Both the position numbers and the translations under genes were made by a program. Positions 50,501 to 62,400 of a stretch of 64,000 nt of DNA are shown here, one piece after another (the first letter of the stretch is position 1; each line of letters opens with the position of its first letter). This DNA is from Orbicella franksi (Eukaryota). Location: assembly GCA_964199315.1 (NCBI GenBank), contig OZ116708.1, positions 2,914,001 through 2,978,000 on the forward strand. Reading direction: 5' to 3'. Below the pieces are notes generated by a model. That model ran no database searches. It was not told the origin of the DNA and saw only the letters and a program-made list of their open reading frames with translations.

Positions 50501-53500
50501 ACTTTAGTATCTAAGTTCTTTCTTTTCCTTGCTTCCTTCTTTGTAATTTTTGATTGGTTAATATGTGACATATTTTCCATCCCTTTCCAGTTGCATAGCA
50601 ACGTTATTCGTGATGTAATGTTTCTTCATGAAAGTTGGCCATGGTGCAAGGGACAGAATGCATTGCTATCAGTTGCAATTGATGGCACAGCAAAGGTACA
50701 AATGAAGACAAGAACACAATTTTATTAACACACATCTCTCTCTTCATGCAATTCTTTCCCTGCTCAGGGTTATCCTCTGTCAATTATAGTCCAGCACCCT
50801 CCGGAGCTCCATAATTTTAGCATTTGTTATGGGTCTCGTGTATTGCTCTCTGATGGCTGAAAGCACTGCATCTTTCAGCAAGCTCGTGCAATCTTTAACA
50901 CTGAGGATATTGCTCTCACTATTTTTACAAGCTTCTTATCTATATTGATTTCTTTTTTTTAATATTGTCACTGAAAAAGCCCACCAGGAGAGTGTCAATA
51001 ATATTATTGTTTTACTGTAATTGCTTTTGTTCAAAGAGTGGATTTTTACATGTACATCCATAACTCTTTGAATTTAATTTAGAATTTGAAATGGCAACAT
51101 TGTCTATTTCAAGGTAGGGGAATGGAAAATTAAATAAAAATATAAAAAATGAATTTCTTCTTTTAAAATAAGAAAGGGTCATTTTAGACTGCTTTTCTGT
51201 TCTGATCACTGCTTTAGGTATCTACCATTGATGGACGTACTTTGCAAAGCACAGAGATAGGGTCCATGCTAAACACTGCTGCTCCAACTCCTGAGCCTTT
51301 TGGTTCTATGGCAGATGATGGGTTCTATAGTAAGTACAGCCATATTTCCTTGGTTACACATGATATAACTACTTCCACATAATTACTCTAAGTATTCTTC
51401 TTCAGTTAAGTGCTTCTTAGAATGATAAAACTTGAAATAAGTATCTACCATTTCTTCAAAAAGTAGGGCTTGAAAAAAACCTTCCAGCTTGTTTTCGAGC
51501 AAAAATTAAAGAAATTGTGAGGAAAATTCCAGCTTGCCCTTCTCACATGCAGTTCTCAATTTTTGCTTGCCCTGGGCAAGTCTTCAGCTATGTAATACTA
51601 TAATGTACCTTCTCTGGACCCTTGCCCATTGGGCAAGTAAAATTGAAAAGTTACTTGCCTGGCAGGAGAATCTACTTGTCCTGGATGACCAAACAGCACT
51701 TTTCCGAGCCCTGAAAAAGTAGACTAAGAAAGAGAATATGAACTGTCAGAAGGCAGCTTTTCTACTAAGTAAGCAACAAGATTCAGACTGATTTCAGGTA
51801 AACCTTTTCAGGCTCAATGCATTTGACACAAACTGAAATTGGTTTTAATTTGTTTTCTTTAGGTCTTATTATGTTTGGTGGTGAGTTTCTGACAAGTTTT
51901 GTCCCTGAAGTTGGAGTCCAAGAGCAGATGCGAGAGCATGGAAAAGATCCATTGTGGAAAATTAAGTATGAACAGCAAAATTTGTAGAGAGATATGTGGA
52001 GACACTAGAAGCCAGCTAATGTTTAGTGTGTTTAACAGTCTGCCCTCTGTCCAGATCAATAGATCTGGGTTCTTGCTCAGGACTAGGTCATTGTGTAATG
52101 TTCCTTGGTCTCACAGTGCCTCTCTCAGCTTAGGTGTGTGATTGGGTACCAGTGTGAAACGAAATCCTTTTTCTGAGCTTTTCCAGGCAGGCTGTACATT
52201 TAACTATGATGTACTAGCCGGAATGTTATCACCACTAGCCCCCTAAAATATCATCTCTTAAACAACACTTCTGTCAGTAATTTGCCTTTCCTCAAAAAAA
52301 ATTAGCAAGAAACTTAACTTGCCTCTCTTCAAGTAAAGGACAGAATCCACCAACCTAAATGCAAAATTAACAAGCTAAAGGCTATCGGACATGGCTTTTT
52401 ACATGGTGGTACCAACAAGTTGTCAAAATAACTTGGCAAAATAATGTACAAAATCTTGGGATAGACATGCTTCCAATCCAGGGAGGGGGGAGGGGGTATG
52501 CTTAGCAATAGGCCAATCTCGATATATTAAAATTCAGCCTAACACAGTCAGTGCTGTCATTCAGTTTTGAGTCACCTGTACCCGTGTTCTCCACACCCAT
52601 AGCAAACTTGTTACTTCGTGGGAGAATTCTTTCAACAACAGGCAATTTCACACGAAGCATCAAGGGAAAATCAAGCATATTCAGCCGTAACAGGTGGTAC
52701 GGCTGAATATAATGATAGCCCTGACACTAGACCTCAGCACAAGGCTCTGGGGAATAAACCCCACAAACTCTGTAGTTATTCCCAGAGCCTCATACTGAGG
52801 TCTATTGTTTTAGGCTGAATTTTATTGTAATATATTGAAATTGGTCCATTCCTAGTTGCTTCTTGGAGGTAACTAAATATTTGAATATGTAAGTAATATA
52901 AACTTTTGAGTTTATCGTTCAATTTTTTGTTTCAGGTACACTTCTAATGGTAGCACACTTTTTACTGCTTGTGACAGAGGTGTCATTCGAAAGTAAGGGT
53001 TCAGTAACAATTATGCTATCTTTTGAAATCTTGTCTACCATCTCTGCTTGGTTAGAATTTTGTTTTTGTCTGAGTGATTTCAGTTCCTGAACCGGACACA
53101 GAGAGGTTTTATCGTAATTGTTGTTGTAAAATCAAAAGAAATTGATAACAATCAGATTTTGCCAATCACCTCAGACAAAGATGATGCAAAGAATTGGAAC
53201 CTGAATTTAAACATGTGTCAGTCAAAATCAGGGTTACCTTTCCTTCTAAACACATACTAGATTGAGGAAGGAATGTTGAAGCTTAGCTCAGCACATCACG
53301 TGAGAGTCTGTATTGCAGGTATAAAAGGGAAGGGGCCAGGGAGGCATAAAACGCGAGGAAGAAGCCCCATCCTTCCATCTGCGCCTTGCCTCCCTGTCCC
53401 CCGTTCCCGTTTAACACCTTTTAGACAGGCTATACATAGACCAAATCAGTTTACATCCATTAGTCAATTGTTACACTTCCTAACATACTTATTATAAGCA

Positions 53501-54714
53501 AATTGTTTTGAATGTTACCTGAAAGCAGTCTTGGTGTTCAACTCACGCAATTCTCTCCACACATCAATCAATGCCTGTCAATTGTCATGCAATGCCCCTC
53601 ACTCGTCAGGCAATACCTGTTACCACTTGTGGACTGAAGGTTTTCATTATGACTCAAACACTACAGTGAAAGAGACCAGTAGTGACCAACTGAAGTAAAA
53701 ATAATGTGGTTTGAATGAAATGCTTGTCTGATTCTTGTAGATACAGGAGATATCCTGATCATCACGAGTTTGTAGAGGACTTGTTTTGCCATTCAGATGA
53801 CGTGGAAGACATTGATATTTCTCCTTATGATGAATGTATCCTTGGTAGCTGTTAGCAATTTTCGTGAATGCTTTTATTGATCGGGTTGTGGTTGAAAAAA
53901 GAAGATAAAAGCTGTATTCACGTTGTCCCAAAGTTTCACGCCTTTTTCCATTACTGCATGCAGAAACAAGACAAGTAATTGTATATATTATTGTATATAT
54001 TATTTTAGCTTTATGACAATTGTATTGTAAATTTCTGTTTCTCTTATTTAGACTTAGTAGTAGTAGGTCCACATCAGCTGTACAGTTGCTTATTTTAAAN
54101 NNNNNNNNNNNNNNNNNNNNNNNNNNNNNNNNNNNNNNNNNNNNNNNNNNNNNNNNNNNNNNNNNNNNNNNNNNNNNNNNNNNNNNNNNNNNNNNNNNNN
54201 NNNNNNNNNNNNNNNNNNNNNNNNNNNNNNNNNNNNNNNNNNNNNNNNNNNNNNNNNNNNNNNNNNNNNNNNNNNNNNNNNNNNNNNNNNNNNNNNNNNN
54301 NNNNNNNNNNNNNNNNNNNNNNNNNNNNNNNNNNNNNNNNNNNNNNNNNNNNNNNNNNNNNNNNNNNNNNNNNNNNNNNNNNNNNNNNNNNNNNNNNNNT
54401 TACGAATGACGTAACTGTACAGAGATCCATGCACAGTTCTAATTGGTTATTATTTTCGTGCCAAAATTCAAACCTGAGTAAGACCAAATAAGAGCACGAC
54501 GTGCTTGTGACGTCATCAGTATGGAATCTCAGACGTCTCTCGAGCAGCAACCTCGTTTCCAGGGTTCTTATTATCGTTATGTTCTTGGGAGTAAGCAGTT
54601 TCCTTCCTTGACTGCGTGTTAGATTTAGTAACAGCATCTAAAGACCAAAGTGTTGGTGTTTATAAACTTGGACCGCCCAGTCACGGCGTCACGGAGTATG
54701 GAGAGATTAGGTAG
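47550..54714 (+). CDS. WD40-repeat protein, at least 336 aa. Exons 47550-47624, 47793-47879, 48537-48599, 49555-49633, 50232-50374, 50591-50695, 51218-51329, 51863-51965, 52936-52992, 53741-53835, 54623-54714
   Basis: All junctions GT..AG and in phase (1011 nt). WD40 motifs FHQGYVRGVAFSP..LFCSGAYDGKVNIY and HSDDVEDIDISPYDEYLVTASKDQSVGVY. The true start may lie upstream (see findings). Confidence 0.8.
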
Positions 54715-57080
54715 CAACGGAGGAACATAACAACAGCTTAGACGTGTATTTACACATGTGCAGCCTTTGTCAAAGGTTTACCGTATTACTTCGGATGAGT
54801 CACACGGTGGATTTGAGGAGGCTGGTATGTAATCTTTCCGTGGTGATGGACTTGGCCCGGGCTACCTCGGTCAGCTCTCATCGTATGCTGGGCATGCGCA
54901 TAGATCTCCAGTTTTATCAAACTGTGTGATGTATGTATTTCTTGACATCACAAGGAACACAGCAAGAGGGTAACCCGAGAAAAAGGGTCTTTGTGTGAAT
55001 AGCTATGGAGTTAAATTAAAATTTGGTAATGGGAGATTCTTCGGCAGATTTTGTTTCCCAATATTGTGCTTCATGGGTATCCATGAGCGTTTATTTAGCT
55101 GGAAAGAAAAGAAGAGTAAAGAAAAGAAAGACTGTAGTCGATGATACTTACAGTTACTCGAATTCAAAACAGCATCTGAAGGACCAGAAATAGCTGAGAG
55201 AAAAACAGTAACAACAACTACTAAGCATGAGGAACAATATCATCAAAGAGTTATACAGTGGCAGATCTAGGGGAGGGGCCCGGGTCTCCCTTATTTGGGA
55301 TAAAAAAAATAAATCGCAGAAGGAAGAAAAGCCGGCAGGGAAAGCGAAAAAAACCGCCACTGTTACATAATAACTAACAACTCATTCCTGACAAAAAAAA
55401 GGTCAGCAAATGCACTGCAATATGTGCAGATAGTTTTCGCCAAATTGTGTGAGCAAAACTGAACAAGTCTCTCCACAATATTATTAGTGATGGTATTGTA
55501 TAATGTAAATAGATAGTTCCCCTTAACAGGTTGTTAACCAATTGGTTCGTGGATAAAAATCTTGCTTGTAAATGCTTTGCTTTCTAACTGTGTTTGTCAA
55601 GAACTGCGTAATACTGGTGTATTACACGAAAAAATCGATGGAATCATTCTCATCTTATTCCAGCTGACTCGAACCCCTTCTTATGTTTTCTGATACACGT
55701 TTTGTTTTTGTTGCAACTTTAGTTACAATAAAACAGAAATTGTATTGCATTGTGCCTTTTATTAAAGGATACTTAAGTGTAATTTGAAGCAGGGTGCACT
55801 CCCTATTAGTTATATGGGCTATATAGGTATGTGCACTCCCAAAAGGTATCAAGGGTTTTGAGTGATTTTGGTCTTAAAAGGGTATAGATTTTGACCATTT
55901 TGGTCTGAAATATGGTATAACTTTTTTTTTTTTGCTCTGGCTTGGCATTTGTTAACAAGGAACTATTTTTTCTGCATCAACATTGGCAAATTTGTAGCCC
56001 TTGCTAACTATTTACGTAAGTGAAAGGCGTCTCTGGTTAGCTGCGTTCTTATATTAGAGCCTTGTACTAGTTTTAGATGTCTGACGAGGGGTATCAATTC
56101 TTTGCTCAGGTGGGAGAAAGGGTATGGAAAATCGCAGATTTTTGGTCAGAAATGGGATACAGGTTTCAAGGTTTGATCCGTACACTCCCACCAAATACTT
56201 TTGGGATTACCCCGCCCTCCCCAATCTACAGTCAGTTAACCGGGTTTACTCAACCAACTTCTGCTGGTCCCCAGGGGGGACTGCCAGATAGAAATGACGG
56301 GGGTGGAGGTACCAAGGTCCTGTTTCATGGGTGTTCCTTGGAATGTTTTTGACCCTTAAGAGGTACCAATTCTAAAATAACACATGATCTCCTGTCATGC
56401 TTTCTCAGCTCAATAGTCTAAAAGGTAGCGCTGAAGCTCCCGCTGTGGACTTTTTGAGGCTAAATGAACAAAACACTTCAAGAGGTACCATAATTGCTTT
56501 TTTAACCCCTAAAAGGTATGACAAACACCCCGTCCTTTTCTTATGGGGGTCCCTCCTTCCGGGGTGTTATAATTGTTTTAGCAGAGTGGTCGAATGAAAG
56601 AGGTTCTCACATAAAATGACTTGGGTAGTGTTCGAGCCAAACAGTGGTGGTGATAACGGTGTAGGCTTTACATACAGTCAAAATTCTTTTGCGGACCCTT
56701 TGGGAATTAATATGGCATCTCTCTCGGCCTACGTGTAACCTCTCTGCCCCAGCAGTTTAGTTTGTATGTCTGGGAGAATCCGCTGAATGGAGTGAGCCGA
56801 TGGATTTTTTGACTCTTGTGCCTGCACTCACTTCGCTCAGCCGATTTCTGTAACGCTAGAGGAACTGTACAATACTTATATCCTAGGACTTATTCAGTGA
56901 TATTAAACAGAGTAAAAGCATAGCAATTTCGACGTACGATTACATCAACGACATCCAAAAACTGAACTAGAACTGTACTCGACAGTACTTTAACAGATCT
57001 ATATTTATTTTACTGGTAATTTAGCCTTTGTCTAACAAAACTTCAAAAGCCTCAAGGTCACTTTAAATAAATATAATTAG

Positions 57081-57285
57081 TATCACCCAACTAGTGGACT
57101 AATGCAAATCCTGCATTTTAATTGGCTACGCTAGTAGAGGACTATCAGTAATAGTCCTCCAGTGGCGAAAGTGGCACAATCGAGCGTGACGCTTTCTTTC
57201 GTTTTATTCTCAAACAAATATTTCTTCAACTTGCATATGCCAACTTTATTATTGCCTTTTCTGTCCGACTAGTTGGGTGATACCA

Positions 57286-57319
<34 letters not shown>

Positions 57320-57391
57320 GTCAATAGCCCATGAGGCTTCGCCTCATGGGCTATTGACCCGTAGCCCGCAAGGGCTACGGGTCTAATTGTT
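57081..57391. mobile_element. Repeat with inverted-repeat pair plus 3' multi-hairpin (Helentron/DINE-like, tentative)
   Basis: TATCACCCAACTAGTGGA (57081) inverted at about 57264-57282, followed by a 22-bp perfect stem (57316-57362) inside a 13-bp outer stem. Confidence 0.45.
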
Positions 57392-57452
57392 AATGAGTTA
57401 TATTCTGGTACACGGCTCAAAGCCGATGTCACCTTAATAGTCTCGTTCACTT

Positions 57453-57896
57453 TCAATCCTTAAAGCTTCGTATATACTCGGCATAGTCTTTCGGAATAAT
57501 GTCTTCTCCTTCAAGAATTTCGTTCAGAGAAGCTTCACTCGGTTTAAGCTGCTTGTTAACGAACTCTTCGTTAGCTCGATACGCTACAGCATTCACTGCT
57601 TCGCCATTTTTAGTTTCGACTTGAACAATAACACGGCAAAATCTGTTGCCTTCGTGAATGTGTTCACGATCCAAACTGGTCAAGGTTCCTTTTTCGCACG
57701 CGTAGAGGGCGCCATGAACCTCAGATCCTTCGTCGAGGACAATATTAGCGTAGCCAAAGCCGTCATCTTTCCAGTTGCTGCTGAATTCAAGACGAAATCC
57801 TGGAAGTGCTGCACTTTCACGTGAGAGGTACTTAGCACCGCGTTCTGCCATTTTTCTTTCGCTCAAGCTTGAAGCGAAGCCAAAGTACATCTCCAT
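57453..57896 (-). CDS. Gamma-glutamylcyclotransferase (GGCT/AIG2-like fold) paralogue B, intronless, 147 aa
   Basis: MYFGFASSLS...GFRLEF...ANIV...EVHGALY...LDREHIHEG; colinear with 58636-59082. Confidence 0.75.
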   Translation of the reverse strand: MEMYFGFASSLSERKMAERGAKYLSRESAALPGFRLEFSSNWKDDGFGYANIVLDEGSEVHGALYACEKGTLTSLDREHIHEGNRFCRVIVQVETKNGEAVNAVAYRANEEFVNKQLKPSEASLNEILEGEDIIPKDYAEYIRSFKD

Positions 57897-58635
57897 GATA
57901 TATATCGATGATGTGGTCTGGCTAACAGTTTGTGAAACCCACGCAGTCCTTCAGTCACCAGTCGCTACGAGGCCGAGAGCAAGCTGGTGACGAACGCGGG
58001 ACCCAACATCATTTTTTGGGGGGTGGGGGGAGAGAGGGGAGACTAGAGCAAGTGCTGTGTATCCAGGTCCTGTGTTTGACTATAGGAAATTCTTGTAACC
58101 GCCAAAAAAAATCATGCGCAACCCTCTTCAAAGTGAGAAAAAAACTTTCATGCCCCAGAAAAATGCCCAACCCCCACCCCCCTCAAAAAATCATGGTCTG
58201 ACGCTTACTCGTGAAGGTAAACATGATGGTTCTCAACACTGTTTATTTTTTTAACGTTCAAAATTTAATATATTGTATATGACCAAGGTGCAGCACGAAT
58301 ATTACAATAACAGTAGCGCTCAAAGTCCTCTCTTTGTTTACACCTGTTACTCCTGTGGATAAAAAAACACAGTTAAACCTTTGTAGGATATACCGGGTAG
58401 ACTGCCTTAATACGAAGGCTCTCCCGATGATTGAATGAAACATATGAAAGAATGTACAAAAGAAATATCTGCATATGAAGAATTTCACGCGGGCATTCAC
58501 AGATAGTCTCAAGGGTGTGCACGTTATTCAAATAACTGAAGAATAAGCTTCGCACTTTGTCTCACACTGATAAGAAACACAATCACTTCTGTATATATTT
58601 GCATTAATCATGTTTAACGCCAGCTCTGTTGCACT

Positions 58636-59082
58636 TCACTTTCCAGCTTTCAAACTTCTTAAATATTCGGCGTATTCTTTAGGAATGATGTCCTCTCCTT
58701 CAAGCATTTCGTTCAAGGAAGCCTCACTTGGTTTTAGGCCTTCTTTAACGAACTCGTCGTAAGCTTGAAAGGCTGAAGCCTCCACTAGTTCTCCGCTTTC
58801 CTTCTCAACCTTAACAATAATTCGATGAAGTCGACCGGCTTCGAATTCGTCCAACTTAGCCATACTGCCTTTTTCGCAGTAATAAAGAGCGCCATAAACT
58901 ATGGAATCATCGTCTGGGGCAATGTTAGCGTAGCCATAACCGTCGTCTTTCCAGATGGTGAATTCAACACGATAACCTCGAAGTATGGCGCTTTCACGCG
59001 AGACAAACTTCGTGCCTCGCTCAGTCATTTTTCTCTTGCTCATATTTGAGCCGAACCCAAAGTAGATCTCTTTTCCTTCCAT
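58636..59082 (-). CDS. Gamma-glutamylcyclotransferase (GGCT/AIG2-like fold) paralogue A, intronless, 148 aa
   Basis: IYFGFGSNMS (compare GGCT YFAYGSNL)...GYRVEF...ANIAP...VYGALY...LDEFEAG...KPSEA...PKEYAEYL. Confidence 0.8.
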   Translation of the reverse strand: MEGKEIYFGFGSNMSKRKMTERGTKFVSRESAILRGYRVEFTIWKDDGYGYANIAPDDDSIVYGALYYCEKGSMAKLDEFEAGRLHRIIVKVEKESGELVEASAFQAYDEFVKEGLKPSEASLNEMLEGEDIIPKEYAEYLRSLKAGK

Positions 59083-59463
59083 GTGAATGTATACTGAGCT
59101 GTAGTTTTCGGGTTTTAGAGGACCTCTGTGATCAAGTTTACCCAGCTTTTAAATTCTAGGTGTAGAGGTGAATAAGGGAGCTCATGGGAGCGTGTTATCG
59201 CGTGACAATTTTACTTGCAATCAAACCTCTCAGAGTCACGCCAGCTCGCGACCCATGCGACTTATACCACTCCTGTTATACTAGGTCAAGCCTTGATCGA
59301 GAGAGATATTTATGCAGCGCATGACCCTTGGGAAGATTCCCGAATGCATTCGCTGGGTCACTCGTAGTCCCGTCCCGCGAACCGTTATCTTTCGCTGGCA
59401 CGGCTTTTGGAAATGTAATCAACCTGGTCAGCGGAATTCATTCGAAGTCCAGGAAAATCCAAG

Positions 59464-62400
59464 ATGGAGGACGGTAAGCATGAGTGTTCCTTTACATTTT
59501 TCTTGATGAACAACTCTTTAATTCTTTACGTTGGAAGTTTGATAAAGTAAATTTCGCTAGGAAGCAGGTCTTTCTATTATTTAGAAGTAACAGAAACGAT
59601 TTTTCAAGCCTTGCGATGCTGAAATTCGAATTTAAAAGTAAACGCATCTCGTCAGCTCGCCCAGCTGCTGTACAACAACTTAGTTGTCAAACTTATTGAC
59701 GATATTATGAGCAGTGCCTTGATTGACTTAGTTCTTTGGCAATCTATTCTTCGAACAATTACTCTCTGTGGAGTAATTTAGAATTACTTTCTGTTTCGGG
59801 TTTCTAGTCTGCTATAACATTATAGCAACGAGGGATCCATATTCGCAGTCGTCTGGTCATCTGTGACAACTAAGAAATCAAAGGGAAGACCAAAAAAAAG
59901 CACAAAAACTCGTCCGCTGGAAGGTGCTAGAATGAACTTTATTTAAGTGTCAGAGTGTTAAGCTAGATATTAGCTAATATTTGTGGACAATTAGCTAATA
60001 TCAAAAAAGAAACACTCTAGCTTAGTGTTGAGAGTACGTGTAGGACTTGAACCCACTAACTCTGGATTTCAAGTCAAGTGCCCCAACCACTTGGCCACTC
60101 TGCCTCCTCTTACAAAATGTAGTGTAATGCCTGAGTCATCCCCAGTCGTCTTCATACAATTTAATACAGTGTGTGGCACCTGGTGCGGTGAGAGCGTGGT
60201 GCTGTGTGTGGTCTAAAGTCGACTTGGGATGAGTCAAGTAATGCTGTAGCCAAGAAGTCATTTTGCTTCTCCAACATCTAGAGTTGCAATGGACTTTGTG
60301 AGAAAGTGAAATGATTTTGAATCTTTTGTGTTAGATCTTGAACTGGAACATGAAGGAGCGAACCAAGGATCTGCGTCACAACCAGTGAGACGGAACATTT
60401 CCTTGAAGCTTAAAGCTAAGAGTAAATCAACAAGTTCACTGTCTTCTGGAAAGAGTAAGAAAAAGGAAGGGAAAAGCAGTGAAAGAACCAAAAGTGGATC
60501 ATCAGATGGTAAATTAATACCTCTTACTAACCAGGTTTGAGGGTCGTACTGTAAGTTACTTGCTAAAAAAGTTAAGAGCACTTGGCTATAAATAATGAAA
60601 TATTTTGGCGACAAAAACTGCGTTAAATTTTAAATTGACCAATCACAGCACATACTAACTGAGAGATATAATAATAACTATTAAAACTTGAGTTATAGTT
60701 TGCTAAGGACCAGCTTAAGCCAGCACATGCATGTAAATTTAAAATTGCTGTCTTGAACATCCATGCACTAGCATTGCATTAAAAACATGGCTATTAGTAC
60801 ATGACGATTTTTGTAATAAAGTGTAAAACACTACTAACATCTTCAAATCATAGTACTCTCATTATCCATAGTACTCTCATTATGTGGTGTGTCATAAAAA
60901 GTTGATCATAACTTAAATATGAAAGAAGTCTTACATGAACACATGACCTATTTTTATCTACCCCAAGAATACAAGCATGACATTCTGACCCTCAAAAGAC
61001 CAACACTGTCAAAGTAATTTCCAGGAGAGAACCTAGGCCATTGACGTATTCAACTTTTTAGCATCTTTTTCAACTGAAGAGAGAATCTTTTTACTTTAAT
61101 ATGTAGATGTGTAATTAGCTATTTTTCTGGTGGGCTTTGTACAGTTGTATTGGGTCAGGGTGAGAAGGAATGCTGGCTTCTCGAGAGCCATATATTTTTT
61201 GTTTGTAAAAGGGATTAACCACTGCCAAAGGTGTGGGCTACTCTGCTACAAGTAGGAGGTCAAACCCTAATCATTTTAACACATTTTTTCAGGTGATAAA
61301 GAAAGTAAAAAGAAGCAGAAATCTCCTGCATCCACGGGATCAGCTTCACAAGTGGTTGTCATGAGAGAACTCAAGTGGGATCACCAAGTAAGTCCTTTCT
61401 CTAATACTTATAATATGGTAATAAGACTGAGTGGAATTCAGTTCAGTTGTTAATGATATGAGTGATTAACAAAATGGGATGGATTCCAAGCAAGGGTCCA
61501 ATTTTGTCAATCACAAGTTTGATTACAAGTAGAAATGGAAGACAAGAAGGGGGGGGTGGGGGTTGTGTCTGGTATCTTGGGGTTGAAGAATCATTGGGGC
61601 ATACACCCAAAATGTTTCAATTTGAGAATGGGAACCTAATTAATATATATACTACTAGCAAAGCAAAAAGGTAGAAACTACAATGAGGTACCTGCCCAGA
61701 GAGTTTGCCTTATTGCACAAATAACACTTGCACTCTCCTATTTGAACTCAAATCAGCCTGCCTGCTGGTCAGTAATCAGATTTTATTGAAATGGCGGCGT
61801 TTTTGTTGCTATTTCAAGATTTCGTCCAGGCACAGAAAATCGAGGATTTAAGCGAATCCAAAAACTTTTCTGCAGAAGTATTTCAAATAACAATTAGGTT
61901 CATTTTAGCGAAAAAATTTTAGGGTTACATGTAGGTACACTTTAACACACTTTTGATTATGTGGGTGATTGCAGTTTTGGAATTTTTATTTGGGACACCT
62001 GAAAACACTATGTACAAAATACCACCTAGACATTAGAACCCACACTAAGAATATGCTATATCAACCGGCTGGTTCTGTAGTACCTCCAAGCTACATATCG
62101 GGCCTGGTTGAGAAAAATTCTGGACCAGAGTCTGTAGCAAGGTTCTTGTGCATAGGTCCTTGTAATAGTTGGCCTTGTTGCACATTTTTGTGCTTTATTC
62201 CCTCTAACAGTCTTTGGGATCCCACAGACTGTCATTGCAACAAATCTTCAGCATAGACAATGTTGCAGACCGTGTGATTCTTGAATGGACTTGTTGACTT
62301 TATTATCACTGTTCTGCAACTATGATAGTGATGTGTAATCTACATTGTGTATCAATTTATCTGAATGTCTGTGTCAAATGTTCTTTTTTAACTTCAGATA

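Noticed and set aside
51863-51880. 18-nt micro-exon in the WD40 gene (GTGAGT donor at 51881)
   Set aside because: The frame stays open to the donor at 51966, which gives the phase needed for the next exon; the short version does not.
54020-54637. ORFs spanning the second gap
   Set aside because: They consist mostly of Ns.
60003-60108. Functional tRNA gene
   Set aside because: A and B boxes are present but the acceptor stem does not pair and the sequence runs into a SINE-like body; the same applies to the heads at 32989, 34050 and 48950.
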